This document shows positions 19,519 to 29,465 of a DNA stretch of 64,000 nt, piece after piece. Source of the DNA: Thermoplasmata archaeon (lineage in GTDB: Archaea; Thermoplasmatota; Thermoplasmata; Thermoplasmatales; Thermoplasmataceae). The stretch is taken from NCBI GenBank assembly GCA_021820525.1, contig JAKADM010000004.1:45318-109317 (forward strand). The letters are read 5' to 3'. Position 1 is the stretch's first letter. Each line of letters opens with the position of its first letter. The notes beneath the pieces were generated by a model. It had not been told where the DNA came from. It saw nothing but the letters and a program-made list of their open reading frames with translations, and searched no databases. A program made the translations under genes and the position numbers.

Positions 19519-20433
19519 TCAATAGAAAGGTTTCCCTGTTATTTTTGAAATTCTTTCCTTAACAATTTCGGGAACATAGAAGTTGCTTTCAAAGGGGAAA
19601 ACAAACTGGACGCTGTATACACCCTCAAGTTTTTTCAGTTTTTCAATGGATGGTTTTGCGTCATCAAGATGGCTGAAATTGGTCAAGAAAAGAAGCATAC
19701 CGTTAATATCCTTCCTCTCCTGGATTATATAATCACCAAGAATATCAATGGATTTCATTCTGACCACCTTTACAAGGCTATCATCCACAGCCATTCCAAT
19801 TATTGCAAGGTTCAGTTTTCTATATTTATATGCGTTGAAATTTGGCCTTATGTTTATCAGATCCTGTTCCTTTATCCTCTCAATCTTCCTCTTAACCACA
19901 CTTCTGGGAATCCCTGTTTCAAGAGATATTTTGTTCACGCTGTCCATGGGATGGCTTATGAGATAGCCTATAATTTCAAGGGTTTTTTCATCAACGACCA
20001 CATTATCATACTTCTGGAATGTTGAATACATTATGTTGCAATGGGGCAGAAGTTTTTCAATTTTCTGCATTGCTCTCCTCAGATCATCATCATTTTCCTT
20101 ATACATTTCAATGTTGACTATCTCCCTGTGCAGTCCTGATACATGAAGAGCATATACACCTCCAACCTCATTTCTGAACTCTTCCGCCATAAGGGGATCT
20201 GAATCATCGCAGGTAACCACAAGAAAATATGCCCTCAATCCTATCATGGTGGGATTAATGAAAACAGACATTCCTCTCAGGGAATTGTTTTCAATCATCT
20301 CCTCCACCATCTTCCTGACAAAATTTGGGCTCCTGGAAATCTGTTTGGCAATCTGCCAGTATGTTGGTCTTTCATTGATTGCCTTGCCCGGCCATTCCAT
20401 ATATTTTATAACATCAACATCTGGCATATTCAT
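19519..20433 (-). CDS. Tandem HTH Lrp/AsnC-like transcriptional regulator
   Basis: Two HTH-like segments (TYWQIAKQISRSPNFV; VNKISLETGIPRSVV). Paralog of 56823-57812. Confidence 0.7.
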   Translation of the reverse strand: MNMPDVDVIKYMEWPGKAINERPTYWQIAKQISRSPNFVRKMVEEMIENNSLRGMSVFINPTMIGLRAYFLVVTCDDSDPLMAEEFRNEVGGVYALHVSGLHREIVNIEMYKENDDDLRRAMQKIEKLLPHCNIMYSTFQKYDNVVVDEKTLEIIGYLISHPMDSVNKISLETGIPRSVVKRKIERIKEQDLINIRPNFNAYKYRKLNLAIIGMAVDDSLVKVVRMKSIDILGDYIIQERKDINGMLLFLTNFSHLDDAKPSIEKLKKLEGVYSVQFVFPFESNFYVPEIVKERISKITGKPFY

Positions 20434-20688
20434 AATTACCCATGCATTCAGTATATTTAATGATCAATGTTCATATTTGTCAGACAATTATATCAAAAAA
20501 GTGGTATGGATAACCCTATATGGATATGAAAGTAAAAGGGTTCATGTTCATCCTTATTTTTGACAAAGCACTGTAATACAAATCTGGATTCAAACTAATT
20601 ATCTTAATAGAATGATGCTAATTCACTTTCTTTAAATACCAAACGTGTAAAAATTGATAAATTAAAATACTTTATATATCAATTATTG

Positions 20689-20704
20689 ATGTCGAATTCG
20701 ATAT
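20689..20704. promoter_or_regulatory. Candidate PadR operator at the padR start
   Basis: Near-perfect palindrome ATGTCGAATTCGATAT (ATGT-N8-ATAT) between TATA-like tttatata and ATG 20705. Confidence 0.55.
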
Positions 20705-21205
20705 ATGACTGCAGGAGAATATCTGGACAGCGCCCTATTCATTCTTTCTCTGAAACCAATGAGCGGATATGAGCTTTCAAGAAAATTGAAATGGGACGGC
20801 TCAATGGTTTCCGGTGGAACCATAAGACCACTTCTTAAATCCCTTGAGAAGCAGGGATTGATCACATTCGACACACGGGGAAGGGCCAAGGTTTACAGGC
20901 TCACTCCAAAGGGTGAAAGATATGTGTCAAATCTCAGGCTTTTCAGGGAAACCATAAGGGAAAAGATGCTGAAGGTTTCCATGGGTCGGGATATCCTTTT
21001 CCCCGAGGTTCTCACAAGCATAGATGACACTGTCATACTGAACCAGGCAATTGAAGAGATGGCCTATCTGATCATTAAGGAGGTAAAGATAGCCTTTGCC
21101 CTTAAGAAGAAGGGCGAGGATGGTGCATTAAAGGATTTAAAGGCCATGATTGAAAGAGATATGGGTGAAATACTTGAATCCAGAAGATCAAGGTTACAGC
21201 AGTGA
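20705..21205 (+). CDS. PadR-family transcriptional regulator
   Basis: PMSGYEL, SGGTIRPLLKSLEKQGLI, KVYRLTPKG. Confidence 0.9.
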   Translation: MTAGEYLDSALFILSLKPMSGYELSRKLKWDGSMVSGGTIRPLLKSLEKQGLITFDTRGRAKVYRLTPKGERYVSNLRLFRETIREKMLKVSMGRDILFPEVLTSIDDTVILNQAIEEMAYLIIKEVKIAFALKKKGEDGALKDLKAMIERDMGEILESRRSRLQQ

Positions 21206-22655
21206 AGAACTGAAAAGGCATGCCACATCCACCATAATCATAATGGCTCTGATGGGTACTCTTATAACCTATGTGGAAACAATGGTTACTCCGGCCATTA
21301 ACATCCTCGTAACAGATTTTCACACCACATACACCCAGATATCCTGGGTCATAACAGCCTACGTAATTAGCGGAACCATTTCTGCAGCCATTTTTGGAAG
21401 GCTTGCTGACATTGTTGGAAGGAAAAAGATCTTTGTGGCCCTTTCTGTGGTGTACACCATAGCAGTATCACTGGGCGGATTTGCAACCAATCTTGGGGAA
21501 TTGATTGCTGTAAGGGCACTTCAGGGTCTCGGTTTCGGCATGTTCCCGGTGGCCTTTGCCCTTCTCAATGACCAGGTTCCAAAGGAGAGGCTTGCCCTTG
21601 CCCAGGGAATCCTCAGTGCAACCTTCTCTGCAGGAGCAGCTCTGGGCCTTGTCCTTGGATCTTACATCATAAATACACTGGACTGGGAATGGTCATTCCA
21701 CTCTGCCATACCTGCAGCTGCAGCCCTTTCCATATTATCTTTCATCATCCTGAGGGATAGCAGGTCCCCTGCAAGGGAAAAGATCGATTTCATGGGTGTG
21801 GCCTTTCTATCATATACAGTATTTTCATTCATACTTGCCATATCCGAGGGCCAGGATTGGGGATGGATGTCACCCACCATAATTCTCCTCTTTGTGAGTT
21901 CGCTCTTCTCCCTCCTATATTTCATGATTTCTGAGAGGAGCCTTTCTGACCAGCCATTTATAAATCTGGATACACTGAAAATAAGAAACGTGCTTCTTGC
22001 AAACTTCTCCGGGCTATTTGCACTTGCATCTCTGTACTTCCTCTTTTTCACCATACCCACACTTCTACAGGCACCAGCCCCTGCAGGTTTTGGCCTTTCC
22101 ATATTTGATTCCGGCCTTTTTCTCCTTCCTGCTGCCATTTTAAGCATGTTAATGGCACCTGTGGGCGCAAGGATAACACTGGTAAAGGGCCCAAAGGTCA
22201 GCATTGCGGCGGGAAGCTTTGTACTTCTGTTTGCATACATATTCCTTGTTTTTCTCAGATCTGCATTGATCTATATCATACTGGGTGCATCCATCCTCGG
22301 GGCAGGCCTGGGAATGGTCTTTGTTGGAATAATTAATATTCTTCTGCTTTCAGTGCCACCGGAGAAGGCGGGGGAGGCCACAGGAATGAATGTTGTTTTC
22401 AGAAATGTGGGTACAGCAATTGCCCCCGCAGTTGCCGGTGTATTTGAAACAATATATTTCGAAAATGTTGCTGTGGCATACATTCCCTTCAGAATAGGAT
22501 ATCTTCCTGAAATACCATACTATTATAAATTTCCATCAGGGGAGGCCTTTGATGTCATATATGTCATTGGCATACTGTTCATTCTGATGAATCTTGTAAT
22601 AACCTACTTTATGAAAAATATAAAGGTGAATAAAAATGAAGAAATTCCTGATTAG
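21150..22655 (+). CDS. MFS transporter, DHA2 (14-TM) type (true start possibly TTG 21174)
   Basis: FGRLADIVGRKK, RALQGLG, WEWSF. Confidence 0.92.
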   Translation: MKEIWVKYLNPEDQGYSSEELKRHATSTIIIMALMGTLITYVETMVTPAINILVTDFHTTYTQISWVITAYVISGTISAAIFGRLADIVGRKKIFVALSVVYTIAVSLGGFATNLGELIAVRALQGLGFGMFPVAFALLNDQVPKERLALAQGILSATFSAGAALGLVLGSYIINTLDWEWSFHSAIPAAAALSILSFIILRDSRSPAREKIDFMGVAFLSYTVFSFILAISEGQDWGWMSPTIILLFVSSLFSLLYFMISERSLSDQPFINLDTLKIRNVLLANFSGLFALASLYFLFFTIPTLLQAPAPAGFGLSIFDSGLFLLPAAILSMLMAPVGARITLVKGPKVSIAAGSFVLLFAYIFLVFLRSALIYIILGASILGAGLGMVFVGIINILLLSVPPEKAGEATGMNVVFRNVGTAIAPAVAGVFETIYFENVAVAYIPFRIGYLPEIPYYYKFPSGEAFDVIYVIGILFILMNLVITYFMKNIKVNKNEEIPD

Positions 22656-24273
22656 CTTTGTGATTTTGTTGTTTATCCTTGGCGCCTTTGCCAGTTTGGG
22701 CACAGCCAGTTCAAATGCAGCCAGCTCATCTGCACCCCTTGTGGAAGTGCAGGCATACTGGATAAATCAGACCAGCACCATTACGGTGACCCCTGGAATG
22801 GATAATATCCCTCTATTTGCACAGTTTGTCGCATCCAATTCTGCAGATAATGGGCTCATACTCAATCTGTCCATAGGACTCAACTATAATGGAACAGGGC
22901 CGCTCAATTACAGCTATGTTCATGGATTGAACGGGAAGGTTGTGGATTATACCAATTATGTTTACGAATATGGAATGAAGTATACAGCATATCAATTGGT
23001 GAACATATCTGCCAGATATAAATCCGGGATTTACACAGAATCCCTGAACTATATCCTCATCAATGGAACAGCCGGAACTGTGGTAAGTTCAGGCAAGATT
23101 CCTTTCCAGGTTGTAATTCCAGGCGATGTGAATGAAAGGGTATCGGCGACATATTTCACCATTGGTTCAAAGATAGTTGAGCCTGAGCCAGGCCTTAAGG
23201 ATGCAATCATGCACATTGTTATGGAGAATGCGGGGATAGGATATGCAACAAACGTGACCTTTTCCTTTAAGCCATCCATGCCCTTTTATGGCTCCTATTA
23301 TAATCTATCTGTTCCTGCAGTCACACCCTTCAGTCTCATCAATCTGACGGTTCCTGTAAACATAAGTTCAAAGGCGGCCTTCGGATCCTATGATTTCTCA
23401 GTCAATGTTACATATTCAGGTACATATCATAACATTACGGGGAACCTTAAGATCAATGGGTATAATTCCCTTATGATGGTGGGATACCATACCAATCCAC
23501 CCATAATATACAGGGGAGATAAATTCATTAAATTAAATGCTGTATTCCTCAACAACGGCACATCTCCAATTTACAACGCCAACGTAAATCTGAGAGGGCC
23601 TTTCAAAACAGTGGCCGGAAATTTTACCGATCCCCTCATAATGCCAGGTTCACAGTTCAACGGAACGTTCTACTTCAATGCCCCATATACATCTGGCAAG
23701 ATTATGCCTGAAATCAAGGTTGGGAACTACACCTATATGCTTTCCATCAGGATCCACGAGGGGGCAATCATACATGTAAGTGATACCATATCCTCCTACA
23801 ATCCAGGGCAGTCAAAGGCACTGATGGTTTTCAACTTTACAAACACCGGAAACAGGACTGCATATGATATACAGATACACCTTCTCTCCCCATCCATAAT
23901 GAGCATTCACGTTTCATCATCCAATCCTCTTGGGGCGCTCACAGCAAACAATCTTACCATAGGAAGCCTTGCACCTGACAGTTCATTCATCATAACATTC
24001 ATTGTGGATATATCTTCCAGTGCACCAATTGGTTATTACAATGCACAGCTGGCATATTCATACATGTATAATGACAGCGCCCAGAGATATAACGGTTTCA
24101 ACAACTTCCAGTTCCATGTTGTTCCCACAGAGATCCAGAAGATACAGACTGTGGTGACGCCTTCAAACATTATATTCGATGCAGCCATACTTGTTTTGCT
24201 GGTTGTCATCCTTGCCCTTCTTCTGGTTGCAGCAAAGAGGAGAAAGGGTGGCAGATCGAAGGTTAGAAAATGA
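22636..24273 (+). CDS. Secreted, C-terminally anchored Ig-like/CARDB (COG1361-like) surface glycoprotein
   Basis: Signal peptide, repeated (E/T)N.G...A..V motifs, many N-X-S/T sequons, C-terminal TM followed by KRRK. Confidence 0.75.
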   Translation: MKKFLISFVILLFILGAFASLGTASSNAASSSAPLVEVQAYWINQTSTITVTPGMDNIPLFAQFVASNSADNGLILNLSIGLNYNGTGPLNYSYVHGLNGKVVDYTNYVYEYGMKYTAYQLVNISARYKSGIYTESLNYILINGTAGTVVSSGKIPFQVVIPGDVNERVSATYFTIGSKIVEPEPGLKDAIMHIVMENAGIGYATNVTFSFKPSMPFYGSYYNLSVPAVTPFSLINLTVPVNISSKAAFGSYDFSVNVTYSGTYHNITGNLKINGYNSLMMVGYHTNPPIIYRGDKFIKLNAVFLNNGTSPIYNANVNLRGPFKTVAGNFTDPLIMPGSQFNGTFYFNAPYTSGKIMPEIKVGNYTYMLSIRIHEGAIIHVSDTISSYNPGQSKALMVFNFTNTGNRTAYDIQIHLLSPSIMSIHVSSSNPLGALTANNLTIGSLAPDSSFIITFIVDISSSAPIGYYNAQLAYSYMYNDSAQRYNGFNNFQFHVVPTEIQKIQTVVTPSNIIFDAAILVLLVVILALLLVAAKRRKGGRSKVRK

Positions 24274-24761
24274 TACTCATAGATTTCATAGTACTGTGGA
24301 TACATATTTTTTCCGCCATATTTTTTGTGGGCGGATCCTTTTTCATATGGCTTGTAGTTGTCCCTGCATCATTCAAGATTACTGATGACGAGAAGTTAAG
24401 GACAAGGATAGTTGGTTTAATAGGAAAGCAGTTTGCCCTTTTCACTGACATTACCCTTGCCATTCTGGTAATAACCGGTATATATAACGCAACCTGGTAC
24501 CTTAATTATGACGTGAGCAACCTTTTTGATACAAATTATGGCCAGACCCTTCTTGCAAAGATCATTCTTGTGGGTATAATGATCATTATTCTTTACGGAA
24601 ACAACATATACCATGGAAAGAGGATAATGCAGATGGCAAGGGAAGGCAGGTTTGAGGAGATGCGCAGATTGAGAAAATGGTCCCATTTCTTTTCATACAT
24701 CACCCTTGCTCTTTTGATGATAATAACAATTCTTGCAGTTGCCCTGCAATTTTACCTGTAA
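24270..24761 (+). CDS. CopD-like 4-TM membrane protein
   Basis: WIHIFSAIFFVGG, ITGIYN, YGQTLLAKIILV. Confidence 0.7.
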   Translation: MILIDFIVLWIHIFSAIFFVGGSFFIWLVVVPASFKITDDEKLRTRIVGLIGKQFALFTDITLAILVITGIYNATWYLNYDVSNLFDTNYGQTLLAKIILVGIMIIILYGNNIYHGKRIMQMAREGRFEEMRRLRKWSHFFSYITLALLMIITILAVALQFYL

Positions 24762-24823
24762 ACCCATATTTTTAAAAACTTTTAAATAAGAAAGGCGAAA
24801 ATGGTAAAAAAAGTAAGGTATGT

Positions 24824-25387
24824 TTACCTTGCTGATGCAGCTATTCTCTCTATCTCTTCTTTCTTTGCCACTGCATGGGAATTCTGGTCATTTCTTGCTG
24901 CCTGCATAATCTCATCTGCAAGGCATGATTCTATGGGCTTTTTGCTCTTATAGGATGCATCTGTTGCTCCTATGGCAATATTCCTCAGAGCCTCATCAAC
25001 CCTTCTGGACGGAGAAACATCCACTGCCTTTGGAACTGCCACACCTCCGTACTTCAGCCTTGTAACCTCTTCCCTCGGGGCTGCGTTCTCTATGGCGTTG
25101 ACAAGTATCTGCACCGGGTTCTGCTTTGTCTTCTCCTCTATTATCATGAAGGCTTCTCTGAGAATTCTGTATGCTCCATACTTCTTTCCTGTCCACTTTT
25201 CGGATCTCATAAGCTTGTTTATCAGCCTCTCAATTGTGTTTATGTTTTTCTTCCCTGCTGAATAGTTTGAGAATCTTCCGCCTGTGTGAAGATTCATGTA
25301 TGAATTGAGATTGATGTATTTGGCAAGGCCCTCATCGTGGACCTCAACTCCATTCACATCATATTTACCAAATATTTTCAGATCCAT
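24824..25387 (-). CDS. rps7: 30S ribosomal protein S7 (uS7)
   Basis: [41 protein letters not shown]. Confidence 0.98.
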   Translation of the reverse strand: MDLKIFGKYDVNGVEVHDEGLAKYINLNSYMNLHTGGRFSNYSAGKKNINTIERLINKLMRSEKWTGKKYGAYRILREAFMIIEEKTKQNPVQILVNAIENAAPREEVTRLKYGGVAVPKAVDVSPSRRVDEALRNIAIGATDASYKSKKPIESCLADEIMQAARNDQNSHAVAKKEEIERIAASAR

Positions 25388-25815
25388 TATCTCACCGTCT
25401 TCTCCTTTCTTCCTCTTACAAGCTCAATAAGGGATATTCCGTTGACTGCAACAACCTTATACCTTACTCCAGGTATATCTCCCTTACTTCTTCCCTTTCT
25501 TCCGCCTATTCCTTCCACCATGACTTCGTCATGTTCATCAATATAGTTAATGGCACCGTCACCGGGGGCAAAGGCCGTAATCTGCCTTCCATTTTTGATA
25601 AGCTGAATCTTGACACATTTTCTTATGGCTGAATTGGGCTGTTTTGCCTCAATCCCGATCTTTTCAATAACTATTCCCCTTGCCTGTGGTGCACCCTCCA
25701 GCGGGTCGCTCTTCTTCTTCAGATCAAGCATTCTTCTCTTATACTTGCTGTTTGACCATCTGAATTTCTCTCTATCGCCACTTAATTTTGAACCTGCATT
25801 TTCACCATTCGCCAA
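25387..25815 (-). CDS. rps12: 30S ribosomal protein S12 (uS12), TTG start
   Basis: [22 protein letters not shown]. Confidence 0.98.
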   Translation of the reverse strand: MANGENAGSKLSGDREKFRWSNSKYKRRMLDLKKKSDPLEGAPQARGIVIEKIGIEAKQPNSAIRKCVKIQLIKNGRQITAFAPGDGAINYIDEHDEVMVEGIGGRKGRSKGDIPGVRYKVVAVNGISLIELVRGRKEKTVR

Positions 25816-25976
25816 TATATCACCTGTTGTTAAATTGAACCTTATGTCTTTATGAAGTATAAGGGTAATGGAAATATGAATATAAATTCTATTGTCCCTG
25901 AAGGTTTAAACTGTTCATATTTTAAACAATGTACACAAAATCCTTATGTGCCTGCCTTTAATTTAGCGGGGAAATT

Positions 25977-27251
25977 TTGGCAGACAGAAATAGATCGATC
26001 ATAGGCACTCGCTCATTCCTTTCATCCCTTGGAGCCACAGCAGCCTCCACATTCGTTGGGATATATGCAGTTATAATAGGAGCAGGGGCCGTGGAAATGG
26101 GATGGCTTCAGTCCTCTGCAACATCCATATCCAATGGCGGCCAGATTCTGTGGGGGAAGCTCAGTGATAAGGCAGGGAGAAGAAAGGGTTTCCTTGCAAT
26201 GGGAAGCGTTATTCTTGCATTTCTGTGGTTCCTCATGCCCTTTACAGTTACACCAGTTGGCCTCATCGCCGTATATGCTCTGATTGCCCTGTTTGGTTCC
26301 ATGATAACTGTGAACTGGTTCTCCCTGATTGCAGATCTTTCAGATAGAAGTGTCAGGGGAAAGTTTCTGGCATTCATAAACAATGTATCTTCTGTTGGAA
26401 CCATAATTTCTCTGATTGCCATGACATTCCTGTTCAATGGAAATTCCTCAAGGGATATAGAAATACCGTTCTTCCTTGCGTCCATAACCTATCTTCTCTC
26501 TGCCATATTAATGATATTCCTTAAGGAAGAAAGGCACAGGCCACAGTTTAAATATTCAATGGTAAAAACACTCAGGCACATAAGGGAGGATAATAATTTT
26601 TATCCCTATTTTAAGGCAACAAACATTCAGGGATTTTTCTGGTCCATGGCCTGGCCAATGTTTCCCATAACCATTGTAACGGTGATGAATTTCACCCTCA
26701 GGGATGTTGCCATACTTACCATCGTTTCATTAAGTATTTCCATTGTTGTGCAGAGTTATCTTGGGAAATACAATGACAGAAAGGAGAGGCCGCCACTTAT
26801 TTTTCTGAACAGGATAATGCTCAGCCTCATACCGCTTTTATATGCATTCTCCAATTCCTTTATCCTCTTCATTGCAATCGAAATATATTCGGGTTTTCTG
26901 GGTGCACTGCAAAATATAGTTATGAATTCCTATTTGCTTGATATAATCCCGGGAAACAGGAGAGCAGAATATATATCCATAATCAATGGGTTTAACGGCC
27001 TGGTATACCTTCTGGGTGCACTCACAGGCGGATATGTTCTGAGCTTTGCAGAAAGCCTCCTCCCTCTCAGGCAGGCACTGATTGCATCCTATATGATCGT
27101 ATTTTCGGGCAGATTGCTGACATCCTTCCTGTTCCTGAAACTGAAGGAGCCAGAAAGGACAGGAAGGACGCCCATTGGGATCTTCTCCATTCTTTACAGG
27201 CAGAAGCTTCCCGGAAATCCATCAGGGGGAACTATGAAGATGAGGGATTGA
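25977..27251 (+). CDS. MFS transporter
   Basis: WGKLSDKAGRRK motif A; ~12 TM. Confidence 0.9.
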   Translation: MADRNRSIIGTRSFLSSLGATAASTFVGIYAVIIGAGAVEMGWLQSSATSISNGGQILWGKLSDKAGRRKGFLAMGSVILAFLWFLMPFTVTPVGLIAVYALIALFGSMITVNWFSLIADLSDRSVRGKFLAFINNVSSVGTIISLIAMTFLFNGNSSRDIEIPFFLASITYLLSAILMIFLKEERHRPQFKYSMVKTLRHIREDNNFYPYFKATNIQGFFWSMAWPMFPITIVTVMNFTLRDVAILTIVSLSISIVVQSYLGKYNDRKERPPLIFLNRIMLSLIPLLYAFSNSFILFIAIEIYSGFLGALQNIVMNSYLLDIIPGNRRAEYISIINGFNGLVYLLGALTGGYVLSFAESLLPLRQALIASYMIVFSGRLLTSFLFLKLKEPERTGRTPIGIFSILYRQKLPGNPSGGTMKMRD

Positions 27252-27266
27252 TTCCAGTTCATATTT

Positions 27267-28535
27267 TCAAATTTCATGCCTCCTGTTTTCCAGAAATAAT
27301 GTGAATGATGGAATCATAATCAGGGCAATAATGTATGCAATTATAATTCCGGGATTATCTGAAATATAGCCATAAATGGATGAAATCAGGGAAATTATAA
27401 GAATCATGGAGGAAAGGAGGCCTGCAGCCTTTATTTTCCAGGAAAGGTCCGTCCTTGTGAAGGATATGCCTGTAATGATGTGTACCGTAATATATAGAAT
27501 GCTTATGAGGCTTGCGAGAAACAGGAATGTACCATAATACCCATAGCTAAAATGGCCCGCCACCAAAAGGATCAGGGAAATAAGGATCATGAAATACAGG
27601 ATATTGTTTCTTTCAATCTTGAAATTTACCATTCTCGTGGAAAAATCTTCCATCATCTGAATGAGGGCATTCCCATAGGACAGTGTGAGATTGAATCCGC
27701 TTATTATGAGGAGTGCAATGAAGAAGATTATGATGGCAGACCCCCCATACTGGCCCAAATATTGAAAGAGGATAAGCGGGTCCGATCCAAAATCAACCAT
27801 ATTATTTCCAAGAAAACGTGTCACTGCGAATGAACCCAGTATGAGGGCAAATCCCGTAAAAACATAGGAATATATGAGAGGAATCTTGATCTCCCCAATG
27901 GTTTCCTCTGCATCTTTCTTCAAAAATATGCCGCTGCCTCCACCTGAAAACATTAGTATGCCTATGATCACCCCATCCCAGAAGTTTCCACTCAAAATGG
28001 ATAATTGTGGTCTTAAGGACCCCTTTCCCGTAGCCAGCATAAAAAGGGAAATTGCAATTATGCTGCCTATTTCAATCATCCCCAGAATAACAATGGGCTT
28101 TATGGACCATGCAAGCCCCCTTGAAAGTGGAATAAATATAAGGATCAAATAAATTACAGGAAAAAGGATGTAAAAAAATATCTCATAATTTTTTGCAATG
28201 CCCGTAAAGGGAAAGAGAAAGGAGGAGAGGAACATAATTATATTTGGAAGCACGAGAACTGAATATAATATGTAAACGAAGCCGGTTGCAATACCAGCCC
28301 TCCTTCCAAGGCCCATATAAGCATAGGAGGCATATCCTTCATTTGTGTGGGTCAGACCTGAAAAAAACAGCACTGGTATGAGCGTGGTGAAGGATATGAG
28401 GAATGCAACCACCGTTATTTCAGGCAATTCTGTTCCGCCAAATAAGGCCATTACAGGGAAAAGGGCAATGAAATCCAGAAAGGGCCCTATGGATGAAAAG
28501 GACTGGAAAAGTATGTGCAGGAAAGAGATCTTCAT
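27267..28535 (-). CDS. Amino-acid permease (APC superfamily), divergent
   Basis: QSFSSIGP, GYASYAYMGLGRRAG, FSGGG; ~12 TM. Confidence 0.75.
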   Translation of the reverse strand: MKISFLHILFQSFSSIGPFLDFIALFPVMALFGGTELPEITVVAFLISFTTLIPVLFFSGLTHTNEGYASYAYMGLGRRAGIATGFVYILYSVLVLPNIIMFLSSFLFPFTGIAKNYEIFFYILFPVIYLILIFIPLSRGLAWSIKPIVILGMIEIGSIIAISLFMLATGKGSLRPQLSILSGNFWDGVIIGILMFSGGGSGIFLKKDAEETIGEIKIPLIYSYVFTGFALILGSFAVTRFLGNNMVDFGSDPLILFQYLGQYGGSAIIIFFIALLIISGFNLTLSYGNALIQMMEDFSTRMVNFKIERNNILYFMILISLILLVAGHFSYGYYGTFLFLASLISILYITVHIITGISFTRTDLSWKIKAAGLLSSMILIISLISSIYGYISDNPGIIIAYIIALIMIPSFTLFLENRRHEI

Positions 28536-28604
28536 AGGGGAGGTGATTTAGAAAAGTAAATAAATTTTTACTTATATGAAATATTCTTCAAAAACAGGAT
28601 GGAA

Positions 28605-29465
28605 TCAGAGAAACTCTTCCAGATCCTGTTCCTTCAGCTGTTTTATGGGTTTTTTGATCAATGGGGTATGCAGAACCTCATCTCTTGATTCATATGTGGG
28701 ATCGTTGCTCTCGTACAGAATACCTATGGGTATTCTGTCTCCCCATTCCGCAGCCTTTTTGAATGCAGCCATGAGATCGGAGGTGTCATGTTTTTCGTCC
28801 TCAAGGTGGTATACCCTCTTCCTGAAGAAGTCAAAGGTGTTATCCTTATTATATGTCACACATGGGCTGAATACATCCACAATGGAGAATCCCTTATGGG
28901 ATATGGCCCTCTTAATGGTCTCAACCATGTGCTTCACATCCCCAGAGAATTCTCTGGCAACAAAGGTTGCGCCAGCCGAAAGTGCCATTGATAGTGGATT
29001 TATGGGTGGCTCAATGTTTCCATCGGGGGTTGTCTTTGTTTTCATTCCAAGCATGGACGTGGGTGAGGCCTGCCCTGTTGTGAGTCCGAATATCTGGTTG
29101 TCCGAAACTATGTATGTTATATCCGGATTCCTTCTGGAGCTGTGGTAGAAGTGCTGTGTACCCTCATTGTATCCGTCACCATCTCCTCCATAGGCGATAA
29201 CGGTGAGCTCAGGGTTTGCCCATTTTATGGCCGATGCAACAGGCAATGATCTCCCATGGATTCCGTGGAAGCCGTAAGCCCTAACATATTCTGGCATGTT
29301 GCTTGAGCAACCTATTCCTGAAACTATCACTGTCTGTTCCGGCTTAATTCCAAGCTGGGCAAGAGCCATGGGTATGGCAGTCAGCTGGGCATAGTTTCCG
29401 CATCCCGGGCACCAGTCAGCCTTGACCGTTCCCTTAAAATCATTCATTGTAACCATTTTTATCAC
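28605..29465 (-). CDS. 2-oxoacid:ferredoxin oxidoreductase beta subunit
   Basis: WCPGCG, SGIGCS, HGR, GGDGD, DNQIFGLTTGQASPT. Confidence 0.96.
   Translation of the reverse strand: MIKMVTMNDFKGTVKADWCPGCGNYAQLTAIPMALAQLGIKPEQTVIVSGIGCSSNMPEYVRAYGFHGIHGRSLPVASAIKWANPELTVIAYGGDGDGYNEGTQHFYHSSRRNPDITYIVSDNQIFGLTTGQASPTSMLGMKTKTTPDGNIEPPINPLSMALSAGATFVAREFSGDVKHMVETIKRAISHKGFSIVDVFSPCVTYNKDNTFDFFRKRVYHLEDEKHDTSDLMAAFKKAAEWGDRIPIGILYESNDPTYESRDEVLHTPLIKKPIKQLKEQDLEEFL

Noticed and set aside
28576-29148. 190-aa plus-strand ORF and the many similar antisense ORFs in the track
   Set aside because: Shadows of well-conserved opposite-strand genes, with no motifs
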